A stretch of 64,000 bases of DNA from contig CAVRCF010000001.1 in the NCBI GenBank assembly GCA_963719505.1, forward strand, positions 768,001 to 832,000, read 5' to 3'. This DNA comes from Halobacteriovoraceae bacterium. GTDB lineage: Bacteria > Bdellovibrionota > Bacteriovoracia > Bacteriovoracales > Bacteriovoracaceae. Below, piece by piece: positions 18,677 to 29,727 of this stretch. A program made the translations under genes and the position numbers. Each line of letters opens with the position of its first letter. The first letter of the stretch is position 1. The notes below the pieces were generated by a model. That model was not told the origin of the DNA, searched no databases, and worked only from the letters and a program-made list of their open reading frames with translations.

Positions 18677-20068
18677 ATGGTTTTTACTTCCTTTGTTTTT
18701 CTTTTTCTCTTTTTGCCTTTTTGTCTCATAACACTTTTTTTAATCCCAAAAAAATACAGACATATCCAACTCCTTTTTATGAGCCTTGTCTTTTATGGTT
18801 ATTGGCGTCTGGATTTTATTCTTTTAATCATTGTCTCAACACTGGTTGATTTCTATTGTGGAATAAAAATTTTTGAAAGTACCGGGGATAGAAGAAAGCA
18901 TTTCTTAGCTCTTTCAGTTATTTTCAACTTAAGTCTCTTAGCCTATTTTAAATACTTCAATTTTGGGATCGAAAATTTAAACCTAATACTGAACGAATTT
19001 GGAATGACCTCACTTGGGCGTTATTCTATTTTACTACCTGTGGGGATCTCATTTTTTACCTTTCAGACCATGTCGTACTCCATTGATATTTATAGGAAAG
19101 AAGTTGAGCCAACTTATGATCTTCTAAAATTTGGTACTTATGTTTCAATGTTCCCTCAATTGGTGGCAGGACCTATTGTTAGATATTCAGAAATCCAAAA
19201 ACAATTAAAAAACTTCCACTCAAATATGCAAATTAAAGAGGGATTGGCTTTATTTGCTCTGGGCTTTAATAAAAAAGTATTAATCGCTAATAACGTCTCT
19301 GAGGTTAGTGATTTTGCCTTTAAAGTAGGGGGCGGAGATAATATAACCGCGATTATTGGTGCTGTGGCCTACACTCTACAAATCTATTTTGATTTCTCTG
19401 GCTACTCAGATATGGCAATAGGCCTTGGAAGGATGTTTGGTTTTGAATTCCCAATAAACTTTAACTCACCTTATCGATCTAAAAATATTACTGATTTTTG
19501 GAATCGATGGCATATGAGTCTCTCTAGGTGGTTTCGAGATTACCTCTATATTCCTCTAGGCGGGAATAGAGGAAGCTCTTTGACGACTTATAGAAATCTT
19601 TTTTTAGTCATGTTTTTATGCGGCTTGTGGCACGGAGCAGCTTGGACATTTATTATTTGGGGTTTATTTCATTCCTTACTCCTAATCCTAGAGAGATTAA
19701 ATGGAAGACGAGCTCTGGGGTACCACTGGTTACCAAAACCTTTAATGAGCACGGTAACGTTTTTTATTGTCATTGTGAGTTGGATTCCTTTTAGAGCTGA
19801 AAACCTTGGGCAGCTCACTCACTATATGGGAGCATTTTTTAATAGTGTGCCAGACTTAAAGCGCTCAATGATATTTGAAATCCTTGACGTAGAAAAACAG
19901 ATTTTTTTGATTTTGGGTTTAGTCCTCTGTCTTGGTTTTAAAAACATCTACAATGTAAGTGATAGGAGGCGTAAGAGTCTTTACATATTCAACCTGGGAA
20001 TTTTTATATTTGCTATTCATGAACTGATGTTGCAAGAATTTAATCCCTTTCTTTATTTTAATTTTTGA
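18677..20068 (+). CDS. MBOAT O-acyltransferase (AlgI/PatA-like)
   Basis: LPVGISFFTFQ, FPQLVAGPIVR, DFSGYSDMAIG, GLWHGA, NPFLYFNF. Confidence 0.93.
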   Translation: MVFTSFVFLFLFLPFCLITLFLIPKKYRHIQLLFMSLVFYGYWRLDFILLIIVSTLVDFYCGIKIFESTGDRRKHFLALSVIFNLSLLAYFKYFNFGIENLNLILNEFGMTSLGRYSILLPVGISFFTFQTMSYSIDIYRKEVEPTYDLLKFGTYVSMFPQLVAGPIVRYSEIQKQLKNFHSNMQIKEGLALFALGFNKKVLIANNVSEVSDFAFKVGGGDNITAIIGAVAYTLQIYFDFSGYSDMAIGLGRMFGFEFPINFNSPYRSKNITDFWNRWHMSLSRWFRDYLYIPLGGNRGSSLTTYRNLFLVMFLCGLWHGAAWTFIIWGLFHSLLLILERLNGRRALGYHWLPKPLMSTVTFFIVIVSWIPFRAENLGQLTHYMGAFFNSVPDLKRSMIFEILDVEKQIFLILGLVLCLGFKNIYNVSDRRRKSLYIFNLGIFIFAIHELMLQEFNPFLYFNF

Positions 20069-21507
20069 TCATGAAAAACGTTAAAAAAGTGATATTTAAT
20101 TTTTTGTTCCTTTGCGTGATACTTTTTATCGCGACTCAGATTCCTTTGAGCTTTATGTTTGTGGAAGATATAAAGTTGCCCACCCTGAGTTTTTCGAAAC
20201 TTAGAAATGGAGAGTTTGGTGTCGATTTAGAAAAAACAATGAAAAATAGCTCGTATCTTTCAGAAGTGACAAGCAAAAATTATAAATCCTTTATTGAAAA
20301 AATAGTTAAAAGACCCAATAAAAATGTTTTGATTGGTGAAGATGACTTCCTGTTTTTGAAAAAAGAAACTGATGAGCTACCTGCCATTTATCTTGAAGAG
20401 AAAGTGAGTAAAATAACAAAGAATCTTGCTCTTTATAATGATCTTTTTGAAAAAAATGGGATTAAGCTCATCCTTGTTATTCTGCCCAATCGATCGAGGC
20501 TTTATAAAGAACTAGCTTACAAAAATAAAGAAATACCGGAAGTAAGAAAAAAATCTTTTTTAAAAGTTTTGGATGAACTCAAAGGTAAAAATATCGATTT
20601 TATTGAACTTAGTCCATTTATGATAAATGCAAGTAAAGAGCTAAAAGATCCTGTCTTTTTTAGAATTGATCATCACTGGACTTGGCGATTTGTTGAATGG
20701 CTAACACCTCGCTTATTGTCGGAATTATCTCTTTCATTAAATGAGGAGATTATAAACCCTAAAAAAATATTCGATATAAAATGGACAACGATAGTTAATG
20801 AGCATGACAAAATTTTAAGAAAGCTAGGTTACGCTAGAAATCTTGTACCTAATCGATTTAAGCACAAACAAGAAGTACCAGTCTTTAGTCCAGATAGAGA
20901 TAAATTACAAATAAATGCAGAAAATAAACTCCTCATGGTTTCATCTAGTTATGGAAGGTATGGAGTGGTTGAGCACTTCTCCAATAAGCTGGGTTACGCT
21001 ATGCCTTATTATATTGGAAGAGGTAAGGGTCCTCTGTGGGGCATGAATGCAGCAATCCAAAGAAATATAAGTCAGGGATACAAGTATGGAAAGCCCAAGG
21101 CCGTTATGTGGATTTTGTCAGAGTCTGAGGTCCTTAAAATGGATGATATTCTCAATATTCCTAAAGTCGCTGATGTGGATAAGCTAAAGTCAGCTCCATT
21201 TTCTATAAGCAGTGTTGAGAACAGTAATGGTTCAACTGAACTTAGCCACGTAAACGGACAAATTGACCTTAAGTTAAGTGTTCCTCGATCGAATTCTATG
21301 TACTTTGTTAAATTAGCTCTTTTTGCTACGAAGGAGCAGTCATTACTAAAAATAGGTTCTAAAAATTACGAATTTTTTCAAGATGGTGGCGACCACTACT
21401 TTCCGGCAAGAGCGAAGAATGGAGAGATAGAGATTAGACTTACTACGCCATTTGATAAAAAAGTTGATGAGAAAAGAGAATTAAAGGTTTTAGGGGTTTA
21501 TTATTAG
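20065..21507 (+). CDS. AlgJ/AlgX-like SGNH O-acetyltransferase
   Basis: N-terminal TM, LFL, P-R, FFRIDHHWT; coupled to the MBOAT gene. Confidence 0.75.
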   Translation: MIMKNVKKVIFNFLFLCVILFIATQIPLSFMFVEDIKLPTLSFSKLRNGEFGVDLEKTMKNSSYLSEVTSKNYKSFIEKIVKRPNKNVLIGEDDFLFLKKETDELPAIYLEEKVSKITKNLALYNDLFEKNGIKLILVILPNRSRLYKELAYKNKEIPEVRKKSFLKVLDELKGKNIDFIELSPFMINASKELKDPVFFRIDHHWTWRFVEWLTPRLLSELSLSLNEEIINPKKIFDIKWTTIVNEHDKILRKLGYARNLVPNRFKHKQEVPVFSPDRDKLQINAENKLLMVSSSYGRYGVVEHFSNKLGYAMPYYIGRGKGPLWGMNAAIQRNISQGYKYGKPKAVMWILSESEVLKMDDILNIPKVADVDKLKSAPFSISSVENSNGSTELSHVNGQIDLKLSVPRSNSMYFVKLALFATKEQSLLKIGSKNYEFFQDGGDHYFPARAKNGEIEIRLTTPFDKKVDEKRELKVLGVYY

Positions 21508-21509
21508 TT

Positions 21510-21982
21510 GTCTCATTTAGGGCTAATAAAAACAAAAGTCTACTAAATTTCATTTTGGGGCTTGCTCCCGTTGTGACGATTATCTTTTTAATCCTCAATA
21601 TTTCATATGCTAATGGGGGCTTTGATAAAGGATTTCCAAAGCTTACCAAGATCTATAAGGCCCGAGTTCTTGGTGTGGTAGAAAAAGGGGAAGTTCAAAA
21701 GCCTCTTACAAAAAAAGACTATTACAAATACCCTCTCACTGCGTCAGCTAGGATTGAGAGATATTTCTATATTCCAGGTCTGGCTTCCTTTTTCTGGGAT
21801 GGATTCTTTTAAAATTTCGACGAAAAAACAATACAGAGCTTAATTATAGAGTTTTTAGATTTTTGATTCCTGCGGATCTGTCTTGGTATATGTTGGTTTA
21901 TGAGCATACAGTCGTTCACCAAGTTGCTGGGAGTTATAGTTATTTTTTATGGATGATCTTTTTCTATTTATTCAAGTTATAA
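21510..21982 (+). pseudogene. Fragment of a polytopic membrane protein with a frameshift near 21795
   Basis: Hydrophobic ORF 21555-21812 continues in another frame (FLGWILLK...WYMLVYEHTVVHQ...LFKL*); no clear start or RBS. Confidence 0.4.
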
Positions 21983-23079
21983 TACAAAGTTAATTCGTTG
22001 ATTCTTTTTTCAAGTAAATCTACATTTCTTTCAACTATCAATAAATAGACGTATTCTTCATCTAAACTTTGAAAAGCATTTTTAACTTTGGGCGAAAGGA
22101 TATTTACCAAGTGAACCATGCCTACTTTGTAAAAAGAATCGAATAAACCTACTCGCTGCATAGTGTTGGTGAAAGAATCTCTTACTATCAAAATATTTTT
22201 TCCATTTATAATCTGATGATTAGTTACTATCTCTGGACCTAAACTTTGATCTATATATTTAGAATTATCAGGTGTATTATATTTAAAATCATAATCACTA
22301 GAATTATAGTTAGTTGACTCCGGAATGTAGTCTTTTTTTTCTAAAATAAAAGGTAGTTTCGAAATTTTTACTAAATCTAGATTTCCAGTGGCTGCTATAG
22401 TGTAATCTATGCAATTAAACTTATTAGAACTATTTAAGATGGCTTCTCGTATTTTTTTTAAGGCAACATATGCTCCAATTTGGTTCCAATGAGTGTCTGT
22501 TTTGTAGTAAATTAAATCTCCACAGCGTTCTTTATAGTCCATGAGTGTCGAGAATAAATCAATGTAGTTTTTATTTTTGAAATTAGAGATAGTAACCTTT
22601 TTTTGCCTCCTTATCTTTAATGGTAGAAATTCTGAGTATATTGAGCTTTTATTTGGTGCAATTGAAAAATAAAATTTTTTGCCGTGTTTCTCTTCTAGTA
22701 GCATACTAAAACGTTCGATCTTTTTTGAGAGTGACTCTAGATCCAAAGGATGCAAACCTTTAAATCTGTCAATGTTTGAGATATAATCTTTACCAAGAAA
22801 TATCCAGTCATTATTCCCTAAAATTGATTTATTAGCATTAATTGTTTTATTGAATATAAAGTATTTTATCCAAACCAAGGCATTTATAAAATCATTTCTA
22901 AATAAATATTGATCTCGAATATATAGTTTTAAGTTTTTATAATCCTCTTCTCGTACTCTGTTCTCTAGGCTTTGAAATTTGACTTTCGATACCTTTGCAA
23001 AATGCGTGTCCTTAAATATTATTCCAACTAAGGGGAGAAAAAGAATAAAACAAAAAATAAAAATATAAATTTTTTTCAT
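21964..23079 (-). CDS. AlgJ/AlgX-like (DHHW-type) acetyltransferase
   Basis: ENR, WIFL, APNKSSIY, YKTDTHWN, RDSF. Confidence 0.8.
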   Translation of the reverse strand: MKKIYIFIFCFILFLPLVGIIFKDTHFAKVSKVKFQSLENRVREEDYKNLKLYIRDQYLFRNDFINALVWIKYFIFNKTINANKSILGNNDWIFLGKDYISNIDRFKGLHPLDLESLSKKIERFSMLLEEKHGKKFYFSIAPNKSSIYSEFLPLKIRRQKKVTISNFKNKNYIDLFSTLMDYKERCGDLIYYKTDTHWNQIGAYVALKKIREAILNSSNKFNCIDYTIAATGNLDLVKISKLPFILEKKDYIPESTNYNSSDYDFKYNTPDNSKYIDQSLGPEIVTNHQIINGKNILIVRDSFTNTMQRVGLFDSFYKVGMVHLVNILSPKVKNAFQSLDEEYVYLLIVERNVDLLEKRINELTLYYNLNK

Positions 23080-23262
23080 TTAAAACCTAAAATATATAAA
23101 TGGGTTATAGGTTGCTCCAGATAAATAAATAATACTAATAAGGAGTAGTGATAAGCTTAAAATTGAATCAATGAATAACTTATAATTATTGATCAGTCTA
23201 AGTCTTGTTGTTAAAAATGTTCGTGACCCCCTTTTGACGGCTACCTCTTAACGGAGGAAAAA

Positions 23263-23628
23263 ATGGAAAGAAAAAGAAGAAGATTTACCGAAGATCAAAA
23301 AATCCAAATTCTACAGGAACATCGTTCAAAAGGTGTTCCAATTTCAGTTTTAGCACGAGTCCATGATATAAATGCAGTAACTTTATACCAATGGAAAAGA
23401 GCTATGAAAGACAAACCTGATACTAATATCGATGTTGCTGACCTTTTGAAACAAATTGATCAACTTAAAAAAGACAAAGATAAACTACTCAAGAAAGTTG
23501 GTGAATCTACCCTCAGAGAAGAGGTCGCTCAGGATATCATCGATTTTTATAAAAAAAAGATCTTGGAACAGGAGTTGATCGAGCAAAAGAATTCATCAAA
23601 CTCAAAAAGAAAGGATCAAAAAAAATGA
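23263..23628 (+). CDS. IS3 transposase OrfA (HTH)
   Basis: RRRFTEDQK...LYQWK; A8G slippery site at 23551-23559 with the -1 frame open into OrfB. Confidence 0.9.
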   Translation: MERKRRRFTEDQKIQILQEHRSKGVPISVLARVHDINAVTLYQWKRAMKDKPDTNIDVADLLKQIDQLKKDKDKLLKKVGESTLREEVAQDIIDFYKKKILEQELIEQKNSSNSKRKDQKK

Positions 23629-24428
23629 TCTGTGAAATGTTTGGAGTCCACTCAAAATCAATTTATAAAACGACTAGCTCAAAGAAATTTTACTTTAAAG
23701 CTGAAGATGGAGAAATACTAAGCCAGATTAGGTCAATTGTTTCCTTACGACCAACTTATGGTTATAAACGAGTTACGGCCATGGTCAATCGTCTTCGACT
23801 TACTCTGGGGCATCCAAGGCTTAATAAGAAGCGTATCTACAGGATCATGAGAGTGAATGGACTTCTTCTTCCAAAGTCTGCTGTGACGAGAACTCACACT
23901 CCAACTGGCAAAGTAATGACTCTGCATTCAAATACAAGGTGGTGCAGTGATTGTTTTGAGATTAAGTGCTTTAACGGAGAAAAAGTTTTTGTTTCTTTTG
24001 TTTTAGATACATGTGACAGAGAGGTTCTCTCATTTGTAGCTTCAAAATCACCACTGCTTGCGACTGATATTGAGAGTCTGATGCTGAAAGCAGTTAAATA
24101 CAGGTTTAAAGATTACAAAACTTTGAGAACGATAGAATTTTTATCGGATAGAGGAAGTATTTATCGAGCCCATTCTGTTAAGAATTTGGCGAACCATCTT
24201 GGTTTAAAAAGCTGTTATACAGCTGCCTATAGCCCAGAATCAAATGGAATGAGTGAAGCTTTTGTGAAAACGATCAAGCGAGACTATGTCTACAACAGCG
24301 ACTGTTACAGTGCGGATGTAGTGCTGAAGATGATCAAGGGTTGGATGAAAGATTATAATGAAATAGCACCTCATTCAGGGCTTGGCATGTTGAGCCCGAA
24401 AGAGTATTTATTAGAAAATCAAAGGTAG
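23625..24428 (+). CDS. IS3 transposase OrfB (DDE integrase core)
   Basis: YGYKRV, WCSD, SDRGS, SNGMSE, YN..PHSGL. Confidence 0.92.
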   Translation: MICEMFGVHSKSIYKTTSSKKFYFKAEDGEILSQIRSIVSLRPTYGYKRVTAMVNRLRLTLGHPRLNKKRIYRIMRVNGLLLPKSAVTRTHTPTGKVMTLHSNTRWCSDCFEIKCFNGEKVFVSFVLDTCDREVLSFVASKSPLLATDIESLMLKAVKYRFKDYKTLRTIEFLSDRGSIYRAHSVKNLANHLGLKSCYTAAYSPESNGMSEAFVKTIKRDYVYNSDCYSADVVLKMIKGWMKDYNEIAPHSGLGMLSPKEYLLENQR

Positions 24429-26119
24429 CCTAAAACGGGGTCCAATCCAAAAATTTATAGGTTGGTGCAGAAAATATAAATGCAATTATAAAGAAAAATA
24501 GAACCTCTTTGTCTATTAGGTTATTGATGCTAGAGTTGGTGTAATTACGCTGAATAGTATTATTAAAATCAAAAAGTTTTAAAACGAAATTATTTGCATA
24601 TTGAATGTTCTCCGATCTAAAATAAACCCACCCTACCATTACAACAAGCAGAGTATAGAGTCTTGTAAAAGTGTTAGGGATTTGGGAAAATAAATTTAAT
24701 AAGAATAGTTTTTCAAGTACAAGAAATAGACCATGATAGAATCCCCAAAAAACAAATGTCCAGCTTGCTCCGTGCCACAAACCGCAGAGAAAAAATACAA
24801 TAAATAAATTTCTATAATTCTTTATTATACCGACCCTATTGCCACCGAGAGGTTTGTAGACATAGTCTTTCCACCAGGTTGAAAGTGATATATGCCATCT
24901 TCTCCAAAAATCTGTCACAGATGTTGCTATATATGGATAATTAAAATTTTCGACGTATCGAAATCCAAATACACGCCCCAATCCAATAGCCATATCGGAA
25001 TATCCTGAAAAATCAAAATAAATTTGGAACGTATAAGCTATAATTCCAACCCATGCGGCCGGTACATTTAGTTCTGTAGGCACTGTTTTAAAAACTTCAT
25101 CTGCTACCAATCCACAAGTATTTGCGACTAGAACCTTTTTTGATAATCCATAACTAAATCGAACAAACCCTTCGTATATATCGCTAATGGAAACTGAATG
25201 ATTTTTTAACTGACTCTCTATGTCACGATATCTAACTATGGGGCCCGCAACTAATTGCGGAAAACAAGTGACGTAGCTTGCAAACTTAGAAAAATCTTTA
25301 GTTGCTTTAACTTCTCCCCAGTATACGTCAATTGAGTAACTCATTGATTGAAAAGTATAGAAGCTTATACCGAGAGGCAGGCTAACGTGCCGCATGAAGT
25401 TCAGAGCTTCTTCATCAATCCCCACTGAAACTAAATTTTCTGCAATAAAACCAGCATATTTAAAATACATGAGAAGTGAAAGATTTACAGCAATACTTAA
25501 AAATAATGTATATCTTGCTTTTATTGATCCTTGATATCTGTATTTTTCTATATTCAAGCCGCAGAAAAAATCGATAACTGAACTTAACAAAATAACCCAA
25601 AGTGCTTTTGAGTCGCCCCATGCATAGAATATCGCGCTTAAAATTAGTAGAACCAAAAACTTGAATCTTTTTTTAAAGATGAAAAAAAGAGCTAAGCTGA
25701 ACGGAAGGAAAAAAAATATAAATTCAATAGAGCTAAAAACCATTTTACATCAACAAATTTGCTCCGAACAAATAGACTAAACTTAGGACTTGAGAATAAA
25801 TCACAAACCGCACAAAATATCAAATATATCTTCTTTATAGGAGAGTATTTGGATTCCTACATTTAAAATACATGCGATTGCTAAGTTTATCCTTCAAAGA
25901 GTCAAGGTCGGTACCATTAAAATCTACATAAAAATTTAAAGGGAATAGCTTTTGTGTAATAGCGCCAAAGATTAATATAATTTTAAGACTATAGAATTCT
26001 TTTTTCATACAAAGAGAGCATTAATATTTTCCAATTAATTAAGGATTTTGCTCCGCATAAGGGACAGAAAAATCTGTTTTTGTATATAATTTTTAGTTTT
26101 GCTGTTATATAAGTTTGCA

Positions 26120-27349
26120 ATGAATGAAACGGTTTTAGATGTACAAAATGTAAGTAAGATATTCTGTCGAAATATGCGTAAGAGTATGTTTTATGCTCTT
26201 GTTGATACCTTGAGAGGATTTTTAGGATTGCGGTCCCCAAGCGGAGAAGCCGACTTAAGAGAAGATGAATTTTGGGCTTTAAAAAATATAGATTTTAAGC
26301 TTAAAACAGGTGAAGTTTTGGGCATAATTGGCATGAATGGGGCAGGAAAGTCAACCTTACTCAGAGTTCTTACGGGTATATTTCCTCCTTCTGGAGGAAA
26401 AATTGTGATCAATGGAGACGTTGGAGCACTAATTGCTGTGGGTGCTGGTTTTCATCCCCATATGAGTGGGAGAGAAAATATTTATGTTAATGGTACCATT
26501 TTGGGAATGAGTAAAGAAAAAATTGATGAAATGTTTGATGAAATTGTCTCGTTTTCAGAGATAGGAGAATTTTTAGACGCCCCCATATCCACTTATTCTT
26601 CTGGTATGAAAGTTAGACTCGGATTTTCGATCGCAATTCAAAATAAGCCTAAACTTCTACTGATAGATGAGGTTTTATCTGTGGGGGATCTAAAGTTTCG
26701 AAAAAAGTGCATGAGTAAGATAGAAGAATTAAAAAAAGAATGCTCAATTATCTTTATTTCTCACAATATGAATCAAGTAAAGAGACTTTGCAATAGAATT
26801 ATTTTTATGGATAAAGGAAGAATTATATCTGATGGAGAACCCGACGCAATTATAAGTGAGTACTACAACCTATCAAACAAATCGAGTGAAGACGCTGATG
26901 TTCTTTCGATAGTGGACTCTACTTCAGATATTGAAATAGTTCAGTTTCGGTTTTATCGTCTAAAAGGGGATGTGAAAGAGTATACAAATGAGTTTTTATT
27001 TCAAGAGTTAATTAATGTCGAAGTCTGTTTTAAAAGTTTAATATCGGCAGAGCAGGCTAATATAGGATTTGCCATTGTTAATTCATCTGGTCATATTGTT
27101 GGCTCGACAAAGTCTATTAATTTAATTAAATCTCCAAAAGAAACAATTAAAAAAGGCAGAAATAGCATTGATATAAGTATTGGCAGAATTAACCTTCTTC
27201 CAGACATATATAATACTGAATTTAAGTGGAAACTTAAAAATGGTTTAGAACTCTTGCAGGGACATGGACCATCATTTACCGTCCTAGCGGAACCAGAATT
27301 GACTAACTATGATGGCATAGTAAAATTTGATGATGAGTGGTCATGGTAA
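26120..27349 (+). CDS. wzt: Polysaccharide ABC transporter ATPase with C-terminal Wzt_C domain
   Basis: FWAL, GMNGAGKST, YSSGM, DEVLSVGD, C-terminal extension. Confidence 0.92.
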   Translation: MNETVLDVQNVSKIFCRNMRKSMFYALVDTLRGFLGLRSPSGEADLREDEFWALKNIDFKLKTGEVLGIIGMNGAGKSTLLRVLTGIFPPSGGKIVINGDVGALIAVGAGFHPHMSGRENIYVNGTILGMSKEKIDEMFDEIVSFSEIGEFLDAPISTYSSGMKVRLGFSIAIQNKPKLLLIDEVLSVGDLKFRKKCMSKIEELKKECSIIFISHNMNQVKRLCNRIIFMDKGRIISDGEPDAIISEYYNLSNKSSEDADVLSIVDSTSDIEIVQFRFYRLKGDVKEYTNEFLFQELINVEVCFKSLISAEQANIGFAIVNSSGHIVGSTKSINLIKSPKETIKKGRNSIDISIGRINLLPDIYNTEFKWKLKNGLELLQGHGPSFTVLAEPELTNYDGIVKFDDEWSW

Positions 27350-28833
27350 ATAAAGTGCACAAAAAACTTAGATACCTAGTATTTCTATATATAGAAAAAT
27401 TAAGCTTTTTTTATATTTATTTATTCAAAAGTGCTCCTCGCTCAAACTCAATAAATAGAAGCTTCCAGGCCACACAAAAAATAGAGTTATTGGATCGTAA
27501 AGTTTTAATTGTTGTTTCTCATTGCGACGATGAGCTAATATGGTCAAGTTCCCTTTTAACCCAAAAAGACTCAGCTTCAGTTCGGCTCTTAGTGATTTAT
27601 AGCGGTGGAAAGAAGAGGGATGATTCGGCTTGTCGCGTTGCCCACCAGTCAGGGGTTGAGTTTGATCACTTAAAATTGGAAGAGAACACTTTCAGCGATA
27701 ATCGACTTGCATTTATCACAAATGAGGCGGCTGAAAAGATAGAAAATAAATTAAATACTTATACAGATATTGATATAGTTTTCACTCATAATCCTCATGG
27801 TGAATATGGGCATGGTCACCATATAGATCTTTCAGCTAAGATTTCTAAGTTTTATAAAAATAGAGAAGAAGAGTTGTTTTATTTTGGTTATGCTCATTCA
27901 ACAGTTTATAATAAGTTAGCTCTATTTTATAAAACTACAACCTTGTTTTTAAATCACACTGGAGTCTGGCCTAAGTATTCAACTAAGAGTGTGAAACCAT
28001 CTTCTGGAATGTTAAAATTTAAACAGTATGAGAGGTATTTCTTAGTCAATCATACTCACTACTTTCCTCAAAAAGATCAGGGGCTTTTATACAAATTAAT
28101 TGAGAATTATGAATTTATTAGAAAAGATATCTGGGATGGATGGCTTAGATATGGAACTCATTATCACAAATATATGGTAAGTAATGTTCAGTACTTCATG
28201 TCAAATAAAGTTGCATATAATTTTGAAGTATTTCTTGAATGGCCAACATTTTATAAAACCGATCTTTTGCCAAAGAATAAGCAGGGTGAAATTGTTAGAG
28301 CAGACGACATTAGATATTTGTTTGACTACTTTCTTATTCCGAAACTAAAATTTGAGGGCGATTTGTTATTCTGCGGCTGGAATGAATTTTGTATAAATAG
28401 AAGATATAAAAGTAAATTTTTGAAATATTGCTCATCATTCAGTACTTTGGATAATAATCCTATAAGAAAAGATGAAAGTATTTACGGCGATCAAGTAGCA
28501 ACCTATGTTGGAGATATCGTAAATTTGGACGGAGTCATTGAGGACTCAAAGTTTGATTCTATAGTCTGTAATGGTGTGTTTGAATATGTAAGTGATATTG
28601 AAGCGTCTACAGCTGAAATTTCAAGAATTCTTAAGGTCGGAGGAAGGTTTCTTCTTGGTATGCCTGGCAAGGAATATTCGTCCACAGGAGTAAATAGAAC
28701 GACCTACACTGAAATGAAAAAAATTCTTAGAAGTAATGGACTTTTACCTGTACAGGTCTGGCTGAAAGAATTCCCAGAATATTATTTTATACATGGAATA
28801 AAGCTAGATGAGTCTTGGCAATTAACTCCTTAA
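27337..28833 (+). CDS. PIG-L-like deacetylase fused to a class I methyltransferase-like domain
   Basis: SHCDDE and THNPHGEYGHGHH; C-terminal FDSIVCNGVFEYV..EISRILKVGG. Confidence 0.7.
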   Translation: MVMVNKVHKKLRYLVFLYIEKLSFFYIYLFKSAPRSNSINRSFQATQKIELLDRKVLIVVSHCDDELIWSSSLLTQKDSASVRLLVIYSGGKKRDDSACRVAHQSGVEFDHLKLEENTFSDNRLAFITNEAAEKIENKLNTYTDIDIVFTHNPHGEYGHGHHIDLSAKISKFYKNREEELFYFGYAHSTVYNKLALFYKTTTLFLNHTGVWPKYSTKSVKPSSGMLKFKQYERYFLVNHTHYFPQKDQGLLYKLIENYEFIRKDIWDGWLRYGTHYHKYMVSNVQYFMSNKVAYNFEVFLEWPTFYKTDLLPKNKQGEIVRADDIRYLFDYFLIPKLKFEGDLLFCGWNEFCINRRYKSKFLKYCSSFSTLDNNPIRKDESIYGDQVATYVGDIVNLDGVIEDSKFDSIVCNGVFEYVSDIEASTAEISRILKVGGRFLLGMPGKEYSSTGVNRTTYTEMKKILRSNGLLPVQVWLKEFPEYYFIHGIKLDESWQLTP

Positions 28834-29675
28834 TACATCTTCTCAATTAATTTTTCTTCACTAACATAGTAAAACCTGTAAGAAATAATAAAGATAGCTA
28901 TAGAAATAAGTAATATTAAAAAATACTCAAGCTGAAGAACAAACATACCTTTAAATATAAGATCTCTACATCTAATTAGTAAATATCCAATTGGGTTATA
29001 ATCTATCAATATCCTAATCAATGGGTTTTCGATTGTTGTCTGCTTGTATATTACGGGAGTAATGAACATAAAAAGTGTTAAACCGAAATTTACAGCTTTT
29101 CGAAAGTCGTTATAGGCTATAGATAGAATTGAGGTAATTAGACCGATTGAGCATGCTAAAAACAGTAATGGAGCCAGATATATAAAAACAAGAATAGATT
29201 TCCAGCTAGGTATAATGTCAAAGAAAAATAAAGCTATAAAAGTAATTGCTAGGTTAATTATTATTGTTATCGATTGATTTATTATTTGTTTAACTAGAAG
29301 TGCGTGGCGTGGAAAGTTTACCTGCTGCAAGAAACCAGAAGCTATATTGAATATATCGCTAGATGCATTAATGTATCCGACAAAAATAGACCAAAAGGTT
29401 GTACCAATTAAAACAAATGCTGGGTAGGGTACACCTATATCTCCGGGAGTAAGTAATCCTGCGTAGTTTAGAAATATCCAGGATATAATGCTGACTAGAG
29501 GTGTAATAATATGCCAGGTCACCCCAAGTAAAGCTTTCTTGTACTGCGCAATAAAGTCTCTTTTCACTAATTGAGTTATAAGATCTTTTTTGCTCATCGT
29601 GTCTCTAAAACTAGTTCTAAGCATTTGGAAAATATTTTCAGCGTTTCGGCTGTTCGGGGTATAAATTTCTTGCAT
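28830..29675 (-). CDS. wzm: Polysaccharide ABC permease
   Basis: RDFIAQYK..LG..W..ITP, FP, TPVIY, NP motifs; multiple TMs. Confidence 0.9.
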   Translation of the reverse strand: MQEIYTPNSRNAENIFQMLRTSFRDTMSKKDLITQLVKRDFIAQYKKALLGVTWHIITPLVSIISWIFLNYAGLLTPGDIGVPYPAFVLIGTTFWSIFVGYINASSDIFNIASGFLQQVNFPRHALLVKQIINQSITIIINLAITFIALFFFDIIPSWKSILVFIYLAPLLFLACSIGLITSILSIAYNDFRKAVNFGLTLFMFITPVIYKQTTIENPLIRILIDYNPIGYLLIRCRDLIFKGMFVLQLEYFLILLISIAIFIISYRFYYVSEEKLIEKMY

Positions 29676-29727
29676 AGTTCGTTAGTATCATGTCAAAAAT
29701 GAGGATGTCTATTTAATAGCAAGCTAT

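Larger units (their letters stand above)
23218..24449 (+). mobile_element. IS3-family insertion sequence (~1.23 kb)
   Basis: TG...CA ends; imperfect IRs TGTTCGTGACCCCCTTTTGACGGCTACC / GGTAGCCTAAAACGGGGTCCAATCCA; 4-bp AAAA target duplication. Confidence 0.92.
23080..25743 (-). pseudogene. Second MBOAT O-acyltransferase, interrupted near its 3' end by IS
   Basis: Removing the IS and one AAAA copy restores ...PTYKFLTTRLRL...SGATYNPFIYFRF* (TAA at 23080-23082). Confidence 0.9.

Noticed and set aside
25835-26008. 57-codon minus-strand ORF (MKKEFYSLKII...) upstream of the second MBOAT
   Set aside because: No recognisable motif or clear RBS; could be chance or a remnant
25989-26240. 83-aa minus ORF with CPLC
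   Set aside because: Overlaps the wzt 5' end on the opposite strand; likely spurious
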